64,000 nucleotides of DNA. Source: Eledone cirrhosa. Taxonomy: Eukaryota. The DNA lies in contig OZ024741.1 in assembly GCA_964016885.1 (NCBI GenBank), positions 104,222,001 to 104,286,000 of the forward strand, written 5' to 3'. Below, piece after piece: positions 1-45,963 of the stretch (positions within the stretch are counted from its first letter, which is position 1; the number at the start of each line of letters is the position of its first letter). The notes below the pieces were generated by a model. The model made no database searches and was not told where the DNA came from. It saw only the letters and a program-made list of their open reading frames with translations. A program made the translations under genes and the position numbers.

Positions 1-450
1 CAGGCGAGGAATCACAATGAGGACCGGACCAAGGTGAGAGTACATGCTGCATGTGTACTATCAGCTTTGCTGTATGCATGTGAGACGTGGGTTGCCTACA
101 AACGGCATATCCACAGACTGGAACGGTTTCACCAGCAGTGTCTCAGAAAGATGCTCGGTGGCAGATGCATGTGAGTGATGTTGAGGTCCTTGAGAGAAGT
201 GAGTGTTGGAGCATTGAGAGTATCATCCACCAACGGCGTTTGCGATGGACCGGATACTTCTGCAGAATGGAGGATGATCGAATCCCAAAACAACTCTTGT
301 ATGGCGAGCTTTGTGAGAGTAAGAGACCACCCCACAAGCCAAAGCTCCGATTCAGGGATTGTGTAAAGGACTCGTTGAAAAAAATTGGTTTGATGATGGC
401 TGACTGGGAGATAGAAACTCTTGAAAGAGAAACTTGGCGTGGAATGGTGA
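1..450 (+). mobile_element. RTE/BovB-type LINE fragment (C-terminal RT region)
   Basis: RRLRWTG..RMEDDRIPKQLLYGEL..RPPHKPKLRFRD; homologous to about 3450-3880. Confidence 0.85.
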
Positions 451-451
451 A

Positions 452-1798
452 TGATGGGCAGTTCTTGTGTGCCTTTAATGGTTTCTGTAAACAGCTGTAT
501 GAGATCTTGCTGATAGAAAGTGAAATTCTTCAACCAGTATCCTGTAATGAGGTCTGAGCCTGGTGATTTCCTATTCGACATTTTCTGTAGAGCTGTTTCC
601 AGTATTGACCCATCTATGTCATATTGTTTTGTCTGGACATGTTGGCAGTAGTCCTGTTCCAGTTCTTTTAGCCAATTAGTTTGTCTGTTGAATCCGTCAT
701 CCGTTTCCCATACAGATCTCCAGTAGCTCTCAACCTGTTCTTTTAAAGGGGTGTCATTTACAGAGATTGAGCTTTTGCCTCCGAAGCTGCGAAAACTGAT
801 TTAGGATCTCTGGCAAACAATCTATTTAGCACTTGTCGTTTATGTGCTGTTGACTTATATTTTAGTCTTTCTGTTGTAGCTGTGAGTTGTTGTTTCAACT
901 GGTGTAATTTGGAGTTTAAAGTTTTAAATTTTGTATCTCCAAATCGCCTCTCTAACTTTTTTTAGGTCTTCCTGGTGTCGTGTGAAGTTGCTCTCTATGT
1001 TGCATTTCATAACGACTGCGATGTGTGAGATACTTTGTCCAGGGACAAAATTTTGCTTTTTAAATTTCGCATCCATGCTGGTTCAGGCTTTTTGTTTCTA
1101 TCTTGATTGCATGGTTTTAGATGTTTGTTATACAATGTCATTTCTACACCTTTAGATCGTATAGCCTTCAGATAATTGCCAGCTATTTCGTTCACCGCTT
1201 CCAATTCCAATTTAGTGGGTTCTTTACTGATTCTGGTACTGTATGGTCTGTCACTCACATTAAGGCTGTGTATCTCTTGAAACATATCGTCCCATATCAC
1301 TTGTAAGGTGTCCACAAGTTTTTGGTGTTCTGTTTGTACAGTAGAGTCATGAATTTCAGCCTCGTTGTTGATGTGGTGACAATTACTACTAGAGTTAGCT
1401 GACCATTCTCGCTGTTCTTCAGTGGAAGTGGGATGGATTTCAGCAAAATTGTTGGTGAGCTGTTCACTGTTAGATTTAACTGGCCATTCTCTTTGTCTGT
1501 CAGTGGAGGTGGGGTGGTTGTCTACAAGGGTTGTATTTGTAGTATCACTCAATTCCGTTAGATGTATCAATTTACATCTAATGATACGTTTTGCCTGTTC
1601 ATTTAAATGCTTTGGAGAACAGTCTAATTCTGGGTGTTTGGAGTTCCATAAAGTTTTTAGCCTTTGCATAAAACCAAACTTTTGGGGTTCAGATTGTTTG
1701 TATACTTTATATAATTCTTTGTTAAGCTCGTAGCTCCACTGTATACAACGGTTGTAGTTGCGATTTGGTCGAAGGAGACTTGTACGTTTCGCCATGAT
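452..1798 (-). mobile_element. 5' part of an R4/Dong-like RLE non-LTR retrotransposon ORF, frameshifted
   Basis: N-terminal W..ELNKEL..GFMQRLKTLW..HP followed by KSPGSDLITGYWLK, the pre-RT motif of R4/Dong-type elements. Confidence 0.65.
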
Positions 1799-2436
1799 GA
1801 GTTCGTCTATTCACTAATATTTTGTATTTATTTTTGAAAATAGTCGATAATCTTCTTTAAAAGTTTCGACAAAGTTCTGTCAGAATCAAATTTAAAGTTA
1901 TTCGCAGCTTGGGTAATATTTCTTTTCAATTAATTTTTAATTCTACAACTGTGTTTTAAACCTTGTTCTTGAATCGTTTGAATCGAGAACAAAAAACAAA
2001 AACAAAAAAAAAAGACCCGTTACTTAGTATATTTCTTTATGAATGTAATATAATATAACAACGCTGTATTTATATGTTAAAGTTTATGTATCATTCATAG
2101 AAATAGGTGTTCTACAACATACTCACAGTTCAAACACTTATGTTTTTGTTTCTGAATCGAAAACGTTACTTGCATATTTCTTTACAAATGTAATATAACA
2201 ACGTTGCATTTATATGTTAAAGTGTATGTATCGTTCATATATCATAAGTGTATGTATCGTTCATATAAATAGGTGTTTTACAACACACTTACAGTTCAAA
2301 CACTTATGTAGAATTATTGTATGTAATCTTACCGCGTAATGTAGCTCAACTTTTTCCAATATATGGTACGTTGCCTTCATGTAAGCCGTAATTACACACG
2401 TCCGATTATCGGACACTGACCACAACGGTCGCCATT

Positions 2437-2579
2437 GTATGTATGTATGTATGTATGTATGTATGTATGTATGTATGTATGTATGTATGTATGTATGTAT
2501 GTGTGAATGTATGTATGTATGTATGTATGTATGTATGTATGTATGTATGTACGTATGTATGTATGAATGTATGTATGTA
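2437..2579. repeat. (TATG)n microsatellite
   Basis: directly visible. Confidence 0.95.
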
Positions 2580-4325
2580 TCATTGCTTTCTGTTGTAGGA
2601 AACATTTTATGTAGGGTGCTTCTGGACCGTCTGCTGACACACATTGCAGATTGTGTTCTTCCTGAAAGTCAATCTGGTTTTTGTGCTAGAAGCGGTACTA
2701 CTTATATGATCTCAGCTAGACAGCTCCAGGAGAAGTGCATGGAACAAGGTTTGGATCTGTATCAGGTTTTTGTCGATCTGACAAAAGCTTTCGATACTGT
2801 TAACAAATGCATTGTGGAAGGTTCTCCAGAAACTTGATTGGCCTGATAAGTTCCTTGCTTTGGTTAAGTCTTTCCATGACGATATGAAGGCTTGGGTTAA
2901 TGTCAGAGGTAACATGTCGGAGCCTATCTCAGTAAAAAATGGAGTGAAACAGGGGGATATTCCAGCACCGAACCTGTTTGCCATATACTTTGCAATGGTT
3001 TTCTATATTGCATTCAGGAATTGCGAGCATGGTGTTTACATCCAATATCGAACCCCAGGCAGCATATTTAACATCAGGCGCTTTGCTGCAAAAACAAGAG
3101 TATTTACATCAACCATAAGAGACCTCTTGTATGCAGATGATTGCGATCTTGTAGCGCACACAGAGAGTGATATGCAGCATATTTTGAATGCATTTTCTTA
3201 TGCTTGCACTGCCCTAGGATTGAATGTCAGTCTCAAGAAAACCGTCGTCATGTACCAACCTGCTCCTGGTAAGCAGTTCAGTGAGCCAAATATCTATGTG
3301 TATGGTAAACGACTTGGAGTTGTTGATCAGTTTGTCTACCTGGGAAGCACTGTCAATCGATACAGCAACCTTGATAATGAAATTCCACTCAGGATTAGGA
3401 AAGCAAGTGATGCTTTCAGAAAGTTAGAAAGGCGACTCTGGGGTCGGCGAGACATATGCAAGAAGACAAAGGTAAAGGTGTACAAGGCATGTGTGCTCTC
3501 TTCTCTTCTTTATGGCAGCGAGACCTGGGTCACATATCGACACCACCTTAAACAATTGGAGCGTTTCCATCAGATGTGTCTCAGACGGATCCATGGCGTT
3601 CACTGGAGGGACCACATCAGTGATGTTGAAATTTTGGAAAGCTCTCTGTGTGACAGTATAGAAGCTCTTGTGCTTAAGCAAAGACTCCGCTGGAGTGGTC
3701 ACCTTGCCAGGATGAAGGATTCTAGAATACCAAAACAACTCTTTTATGGAGAGTTAGTTAAAGGAAAACGACCGCCACATAAACCAAAAAAGAGGTGTAA
3801 GGATTCGTTGAAAGCCTCTTTGAAAGACACTAACATCTCTGCTGATACATGGGAAAATGTTGCTGCTGATCGTAATAAATGGTGAAAGACTTATATGAGG
3901 GGAAAGTTGCCTTTGAGGCATCTCGAATCGCATACGAGAAAGTAAAGAGGGATGTGAGGAAAGGCATTATTGTTGCATTTCCAGACAGCGAAGGTCCTTC
4001 TATGGCCCTAACATGTAGCGTCTGTGCTAGACTCTGCTTCAGCAAAGCTGGACTCGAAAGTCACCTTCGCAGTCATAAAGTGAGACCAGTGGTTGACTAC
4101 CAGGCTGCTGTTGGAGATGCTACTCATCATGCCTGCCAAGCATGTGGTAGAGAATGTAAATCAGCAGGAGGGTTCAAACGCCATGCAAAAGTACATGAAC
4201 TCCAACCACAACCGGCTACTGCCAGTGAATGTTTTGCTTGCCAACTCTGTGAAAGACATTCTAGATCATTGGCTGGGCTAAAAAGCCACATTCGATCGCA
4301 GCACCGTTAATTGTTATCGTGCGTG
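2580..4325 (+). mobile_element. 5'-truncated RTE LINE: RT plus three C-terminal C2H2 zinc fingers
   Basis: PESQSGF, FVDLTKAFD, GVKQGD, YADD, YLGS, RIPKQLFYGEL; ORF 3879-4310 has three CxxC..H...H fingers; two frameshifts. Confidence 0.92.
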
Positions 4326-4351
4326 TGTGTATAGATGTGTGTATATATATA

Positions 4352-4426
<75 letters not shown>

Positions 4427-4452
4427 ATTATTATTATTATTGTTGTTATTCC

Positions 4453-4973
4453 TTGAATCTCAGTCATTGATGTTGGTTAACTGGAAAGTCCGTTGGATTG
4501 AATATCAAGCCACTACCTGCAGCCTCAGATATTCAGGACGTATCGGAGGGTTCTTGCTGTTCCAAGCAAGCATGCCTTTTGAAGCGTTCCAAAAAGCGTG
4601 AAGGGGCCGATTTTCTTTAACCATCCCTGGAAACTTTTGGAGATAGTCCCCAGTGCGCCTATGACAATCGGGATCACTTTGACTTCATGGCAGTTCCAAA
4701 TCCTTTTCACCTCCCACTTTAGGTCCTGGTATCGGTTAATTTTCTCCCTCTCCTTCTCTTGCACTCTCGTGTCGAACGGGCAGGCCACATCCACAATCAG
4801 ACACGATCTTTTTTCTTTGTCCACAACCACCAGGTCAGGTCTATTGTGTTCCAGTTTTTTGTCCGTCTGTATCCTAAAATCCCACAGCACCTTCACCTGA
4901 TCGTTCTCCATCACCGCCTCTGGCCTATGCTCATACCATTTCTCAGAATGTGGTAAATTGTTTACTTTGCACA
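4453..4973 (-). mobile_element. R4/Dong-like LINE 3' end (RLE endonuclease) within (TAA)n
   Basis: LWDF..RPDLVVVDK..IVDVACPFD..EKINRYQDL (PD-(D/E)xK); ATT repeats on both flanks. Confidence 0.88.
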
Positions 4974-5080
4974 TTATTGTTGTTATTATTATTGTCGTTA
5001 TTATTATTATTATTTTTTTTCTTTTTCGTGCAACGGCCATACTCGATAACGAGGAGGCAGTCATCATGTATGTATGTATG

Positions 5081-5436
5081 CAGTGGCGGACTGGCCAGGT
5101 TGCTAGGTTGCCCAATGGCAAGGGGGCCCCAGGGGGCCCACGGTAGCATTGCAAGCGCCCACAGTATCATTGCAGGGCCCACTGTAGTATTTTAGGGGCC
5201 AATACTTTGCTTTTAAAAACACCTGAAATCTAAGAGAAAGAATAAAATAAAAAAAAACAAAAAACAAACAATTAAGCAAAGCATTTGGTCAACCAATTCC
5301 CCAGGGAATTAATAGAAACCAAAATATACGATAGTGCAGATAGCTGGAATCAGTGGTTGTACATTCTACTAAATCTAAAGCTTAGTGTATTCATTCATGC
5401 TTCCAAATATATACACACACACACACACACGCACAG

Positions 5437-5485
<49 letters not shown>

Positions 5486-5571
5486 ATGCCAATCCTTGTA
5501 AGTTTGTGTCGGACATTGAAAAACATATATATATGAGTAAAGTAAGCCCAAATCATAGTAGATTCAAACAT

Positions 5572-5652
<81 letters not shown>

Positions 5653-6462
5653 GAATGAAGTGCAACAGAAATGAAACATGGATTACAGGTGAAAATATAG
5701 TCTAGATAGATGTGAAACAAAACGAGGATGTAGTTTATGGAACACCCAAATGATTAAGAAGTCGACCTTAAGTAGGAGCAATATCATTAAGAAAGACATG
5801 AACGACACCACAACACTTTGTTTTGAAAATTTTGAAAGTAGATTTACAAGTATGAATTTTTATTAGATTTTCGTAGTTGTCTCTGTGGCCTAGCGGTAGG
5901 TACTAGAGACGGTGGAGATCCTGTCCTTGGGTTCAATCCTGATCAAGAAGTACATGTAACCTTTTTCAGTTTTTATTTTACAACCCATAGAAAAAAATTG
6001 AAAAGGTTTACTGGGAACCCCTACTCCCGACCAAGATCGAACGTTAAACCAAGATTACCACCGTCTATGATTCTTCTAAGTAGGACACCGAGACAGCTAC
6101 AACAGTATAATGAAAATTGATAATTATAAACCTAATTTCAAAATCAAAGTTAAAAAGATGTGGTGTCGTTCATGGCTTTCCTAGAGTTATTAGTAATATT
6201 TAGGGTCGACTGCTGGTCATTATTGAAAGTTTCTGGATTTCGCAAAATATATAGTATTTTTTATTTATATAGTATTTTTTATTGGAAAATTTTATTGAAA
6301 AATTTTTATAGCAAAAATTTGATTGCACTGTTTTGTTTCCACTTACGTATTTTTTGAAAATGTTATTTATTCATTATAAAAATTAAATGATAGCATTGTA
6401 TATGTAGGTGGGCCCCCTTCATCTCCTGGCAACCAAATATTTTTAGACCCAGTCCGCCACTG
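5081..6462. mobile_element. Non-autonomous hAT-like DNA transposon
   Basis: 14-bp TIR CAGTGGCGGACTGG / CCAGTCCGCCACTG; tatgtatg on both flanks, but these lie within a microsatellite. Confidence 0.7.
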
Positions 6463-6846
6463 TATGTATGTATGTATGTATGTATGTATGTATGTATGTA
6501 TGTATGTATGTATGTATGTATGTATGTATGTATGCATGTATGTATGTATGTATGAATGCACGGATGTGTTTGTCTGGCTAGGTATGTATACAAGTGTGTA
6601 TGTCTCTGTATGTATGTATATTGGTATGCATGTATATGTGTGAGAAAGAACATTATTCAAATTAATACTTCATACTTCTATAGGACTAGAACTGTTTCAT
6701 TCATTTGAGATAATCAGGAATGATCTCAAACTAATGAAACAGTCCTAGTCCTGTAGAAGTCCTTCCTATAAAAAATATTTTTCTCCTCTACTCATATATT
6801 GAGTACCTTATTTAACTGAGGTTTCCTCCCGTTCCTCTTCAGAAAA

Positions 6847-7341
<495 letters not shown>

Positions 7342-7426
7342 ACGTTATTCCGGGTTGAATCGGAGGTAACCACAGTAAGTAAGGTACTCAATACATTGCA
7401 GAGTATACAAGTTTTAATATAGATGA

Positions 7427-7475
7427 GATTCTACAGGACTAGAACTGTTTCATTCTTTAGAAATCATCAGGAATC
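7427..7475 (-). ncRNA. Type-I hammerhead ribozyme, family A
   Basis: GAUUC-CUGAUGA-u-UUC(uaaa)GAA-u-GAAA-CAG(uucuaguc)CUG-UA-GAAUC. Confidence 0.75.
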
Positions 7476-7480
7476 ATTTA

Positions 7481-7533
7481 GAGATTCCTGATGATTTCTA
7501 AAGAATGAAACAGTTCTAGTCCTGTAGAATCTC
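7481..7533 (+). ncRNA. Type-I hammerhead ribozyme, family A, inverted copy
   Basis: Same fold with a 7-bp stem I GAGAUUC/GAAUCUC. Confidence 0.78.
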
Positions 7534-7544
7534 ATCTATATTAA

Positions 7545-7582
<38 letters not shown>

Positions 7583-7673
7583 GAAAGAAATGTGGTAAGG
7601 AACTAGATGGACCATAACGTACCAAAGTACTCAATAATTAGGGTAGTAGAGTGGGTAATAGGAACAAGTATGA

Positions 7674-7767
7674 CCCCGACGGCAGAGCTCAAGCCGTTTC
7701 GACGGCTATTTCTGGACTAAATAAGAATTTTTAGCCTGGTAAATAAATAGCCAAACTTCTCAAGGGG
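7674..7767 (-). ncRNA. Type-I hammerhead ribozyme with U3-A8 core, family B
   Basis: CCCC-UUGAGAA-long stem II (UGGCUAUUU/AAAUAGCCG)-GAAA-CGGC(uugagcucu)GCCG-UC-GGGG. Confidence 0.7.
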
Positions 7768-7942
7768 AATTTCCTTATATGGGAAGATAGTATTTGTCAA
7801 GATGATTGGTTAAAATTTGTTATAAAGACAGATAAATCTATCATGTCATTATTCCCTGTCAATAATGTGGTGACTGGTGATTTTCCCTGTTTTATTGATG
7901 GCACACTACCTCTCTCTAGTGTGTTACCTTTTCAACATATTG

Positions 7943-8075
<133 letters not shown>

Positions 8076-8146
8076 GATAAAATACATACATCCGTATACG
8101 AATCCCAATCACACACACACACACATACATGGTATATATTTCCTAC

Positions 8147-41106
<32,960 letters not shown>

Positions 41107-41867
41107 GTTGAAAAATCGTCCAAATATCAGAAAGATAATTAAGCAGTCCACATCCGAATGTATGTATTTATGTATATATGTATGTTTGTGTGTATATATG
41201 TATGTGTGTACGCACGGATGTATGTATGAATATATGGATGGATGTGTATATATCTATTTGTCTGCTTCCGTTGCTGTATGTGTGTTAAGAGCAATGCAAA
41301 GCAGGAAGAGAGATAAGCAAAAGTTCACACTGAGATAATAAATAATATTTGTGTGCTTGCGTATATGACTTTACTTGGGTCATCCGTTATAGATTGTTAA
41401 TGTTGTTCTTGTTATTATATAACCCCAATCAGTTCTGTTCGAATGGACATATCGCATCTATAAATCTGTTTATTTATCCATTAGATAAATAATAATATAT
41501 AAATGCGTAGACCTGAGTTATTCATTAGCGTATACAAAGGAAACAATATTTTTTTTTATTTATTTAAACTCATTTTGCTTTTGATTTTCATTGCTGAGCG
41601 TGACACTTGCATTATTGTTATTGTTTCAGGTATTCTAGTGCATTGCTCAGCATGGTTTCAACTGGGCGTTTCCTATTGACTACTGTCAATAGGATCGTAT
41701 TTTCTGACATTGAGAAACTGTAGTAGAATGATAAACAGGACAACGAATCAATTTTATACGGTATGTCTAATAAAGTATATATATATATATATATATATAT
41801 AAATATAAGGAAAAAAGATGAAATCGAAAATGCAACTGGAGTCTTTTTAAGAATATATATTTGGTTC

Positions 41868-41903
41868 CTTTACCGGTTTCGCAGTTCTTATGCTTTTCAA
41901 AAG
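41868..41903 (-). ncRNA. Minimal U3-A8 hammerhead, family E copy
   Basis: same family as 55315-55350, with one stem II mismatch. Confidence 0.55.
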
Positions 41904-42246
41904 TAGAATTGAGATGCGAGAAAAACCACAGGTCGGATTCCAATAACTTCCTTTACATACATATATATGATGACCAATCTTTAGGCAGTCTAGCAATGAC
42001 ATACGTATATGTACATACATACCTATATTAAATGTAGTAGCAGAAAAACCACCCTTCGAGTGGTTTTCTGCTACAATGTGTAGTGTGTATATTGATATTA
42101 TACGCAAGTATATATACATGTAGATATGATACATCAGATAAAATCGTAATTGACAATATATAATACATAGAAATTGAACGAAGAGAACGTTACACTGTCT
42201 TATGTAATCAGTAACGTAATCCATGAAACATTAAAAAAAGACGATA

Positions 42247-43517
42247 TCTTATATATATAAAGTGAAGATGGGCATTGTTTGGTGTTCCCAACTTGCATGC
42301 TACACCGTTCATCCAATTTTCATGAAACCTCACACATATATAAAACTCAACGCGTAGAGTGGAATAGGCTACTTGAAAATTTCGAAAAATCGATAATGGG
42401 GACCCCAGAAGCCAAAAATCGATATTTTCAAAAATCGATGAAACTCGATGCAAGTGTGTATTTTGATTCGGGGATAAACGTGCGCTACATTAAATTTTCG
42501 AAAAATCGATAATTGGATCACCAGAGGCAAAAATCGATATTTAAGAAATTTGTCCGATTCCAATGAAATTTGACGTAGGTATGTATTTTGATGCGGGGAT
42601 TAACGTGGAATACCCATGCCCTCTTCCTTGCCTGCTGGCCGTCGTCCCACTACATCTTCATGCCTCAGGATGCCGCCTCCATGCACTGTCAGCCACCATC
42701 CCCTCCTCAGCCCTTTCTTTTGCCTGACCGCCGTGCTCCTTCAAGACTCCCATGGCTATCTATGCCGCATCAATTCCTTGCCACCCGCTTAAACGTCATC
42801 AGTATGGCTTATTGTTGCCTCATTTGATCACCGATTTTCGCAGGCTAAACACAATACCAACGTGCACGATAGTCCATGGTAAATCTTTTTAATTACATGT
42901 TCTTGAGGCTGTTGCAAAGGGCAATAACCCTAGACGCAATTTTGATCAACTTTTTTTCACATATAGCAAATTTACCGGGACAGGTCTTTAGCTACTCAAA
43001 TCTACTTCAGAGGTCACGCATTCATGTAAAAAATCAATAAAACTGAAGCGTGGGTTCGACTTTGCGCAAAAAACAAGGCAAAGTTGCAGATGGGATAATT
43101 TTTTACAGGAACGTCCGATTTTCGTGAAAACTGTCGCAAATGATTCGTCCATTATGCCGCGATTCAGATAAAGTCCCTTTTATTTCTTCTTCTGCACATG
43201 TGAGCGCCAAAATTGTAAAAAAAAAAAATTTGAAAAAATCGACTTTTTCACCCTGCTTTAAAAATCAACTGAAATTTCAATTTCAAGTTAATTTGACTTC
43301 CGTCAGTCTTGCAAAGAACAATTTCAACGATACACTCTGAACCTACAATTGATCCATTATTTATGCTCAATTACACACCTGCGTATACTAACCTCTATTT
43401 TTTCCCTTGAGGTTCGAAGGTTTTTGCACCTGTGATGCGCGGGAAGTAACTTTCAAACATTTTAACAACAGACCAAAGGTCGACTTACACCCGGGCAACG
43501 CCGTGTACTTCTGCTAG
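42247..43517 (+). mobile_element. Non-autonomous Helitron nested in another Helitron-like copy
   Basis: 5' TC, 3' hairpin cccgggcaacgccgtg then CTAG; inserted between A and T with no TSD; the empty site gacgata|ttatat is seen at about 32708-32720. Confidence 0.88.
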
Positions 43518-43770
43518 TTATATATAAACTGCATTAAGAGAAGATTAGTGACAGAAAATTAGTATGTTTATTTAAGCGATCGCCAACCGGAAGTGTTGAC
43601 ATTTCAGAAATTTTAAAGAAGTAAAACAAAATATATTTAATCAACATCCACGAAATTTAGTAGATAAATGATGTAATATTCATTCATTATTTATTCAAAA
43701 TAATCCAACTTATTTTACTAATGGGATAAAACATTATAAACCGTACGCAGTCCCGCGCTCCTCCCTTTAT

Positions 43771-43998
<228 letters not shown>

Positions 43999-44566
43999 AT
44001 GTTAAAGATTTGATAATTCAATATGAGAATATAATAACCATCCGGTTAATAAACTAACCCAGGAATGGATTGGTTATTGCTAATATAACCGAAATGAACT
44101 CAACTGGTGCGTGTGTTTTTATTGGTAACGTAACTGTCCCAAAGCATAACAATATCTGTTTCAACACACAATTGCACATCCGTCCACACAGCCTCGGTCT
44201 TAAGTCCAGTAGTTGATGTCGACTTGAATTTTTTTCTCTCTCTTCGAGTTGCTCATACACATGTGCTTTCGGGTTTCCCTCTTCGGTATGTTGTATTTCC
44301 GGTTTTTTTTCGCTGTTTTTCTTTTCTTTTTTTCCCCACTTTCGCTTCTGTTATATATATTTTTTCTCTTTCTCCTTTTTCCCCCAAGTTATTGATGCAC
44401 TGGAGCTAGATATCTTATCTTTAATGCGTAGAAATATCCATGATCTCCAACAGACAACTGATGAAGAAAAATTATCCCCCGTTCGTGCTTTTCTCTTATT
44501 TATAAATACACCTTATCCAGCAACTACACGTAAATTAAATTATGATATAATTAACAGTATCTGGTG

Positions 44567-44630
<64 letters not shown>

Positions 44631-44835
44631 ATATATCACCAGATACTGTTAATTATATCATAATTTAATTTACGTATGTTTCGTCCTAATAAGACTCGTT
44701 GGAATTAAATAAGATATAGATCCCTCAACACATTCATCTCGTCTAAAAACATAACGTACCGGAAAACGTTTTGTTTACATTTTGAATTATGCAAAAAATT
44801 AACATTGCTCATGATTACAATACTATTTTAAAGTA

Positions 44836-45023
44836 TAATTGTTTCTACTTTAGGCACAAGGCCAGCAATTACCCAGTGCATTACTGGTACTTTATTTTAT
44901 CGACCCCGTAAGGATGAAAGGCAAAGTTAACCTCGGCGGGATTTGAACTCAGTCCGTAAAGGGACGTAACTATGCTGCAAAGCATGGCGGCCGACCCTCT
45001 ACCGATACTGCCAATCCACCGCC
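44836..45023 (-). mobile_element. tRNA-derived SINE, full length
   Basis: A and B boxes; flanked by a duplicated tactattttaaagtataa. Confidence 0.85.
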
Positions 45024-45619
45024 CTTATTTATTATACTATTTTAAAGTATAAAATTCGTTCGAGTGCCAATGTGAAATACTTGTCATGATACCTGTGATA
45101 CTATTTCCTATGATGATGGTACCTTTCTTTAAAATATAAACAAAACGTTTTCCGGCTTTAAAATATAAACAAAACGTTTTCGCTTTTAGACGAAATGAAT
45201 CTGTTGAGATATCTATATCTTATTTAATTACGACAAGTCCTATTGGGATGAAACATAAGTAAATTAAATTATGATATAATTAACAGTGTTTGGCAATATA
45301 TATCTACACCACATGATTTGGCAGTAAATCATGCAACCAATGAAAACATAAAAATTGTCTTCGCCATGGCAATATCACATCACCATAACAAGCGACTACA
45401 ACTACTGATTTCATCAACCATGATAAGACTTCACAGCAACAATTCTATCGCTTCACTGAGACACACTTCACTCACTTGTCATAGACTCGAACGACAAACC
45501 ACTCTTCAACTCATCTCATAATACAACTGCCATAATATATAAGTATATATATATATGTCATAATACATATGTATATATATTATAACATATATATGCATAC
45601 GTATAATATATTATAACAG

Positions 45620-45660
<41 letters not shown>

Positions 45661-45770
45661 ATAATACATTTGTATATAAATAGCTATTGTAATATAAGTA
45701 TGTATGTATGCATACGTACATACATATATGTATACAGACGTTCAGTAGTATGTATATATATACATACAGG

Positions 45771-45807
<37 letters not shown>

Positions 45808-45920
45808 GTATCGGATTACCGAACATTTATTATAATGCTCGGTTTGTTTGTTTGTAAACAAATTACGCCGTACAGTGTTTAGGCAACCACGTCACCTTTT
45901 TGTTCAACACTGACACAGGA

Positions 45921-45963
45921 ACGATGTACTAGTTTCAAGCTTATTACCTATCGTCAGCATCGT
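45921..45963 (-). ncRNA. Minimal type-I hammerhead ribozyme, family F
   Basis: ACGAUG-CUGACGA-weak stem II-GAAA-CUAG-UA-CAUCGU; 6-bp stem I and palindromic stem III ACUAGU. Confidence 0.72.

Noticed and set aside
5880-5945. tRNA gene (also the SINE heads at about 8690-8763 and 15985-16056)
   Set aside because: A and B boxes only, with no complete cloverleaf; tRNA-derived repeat heads.
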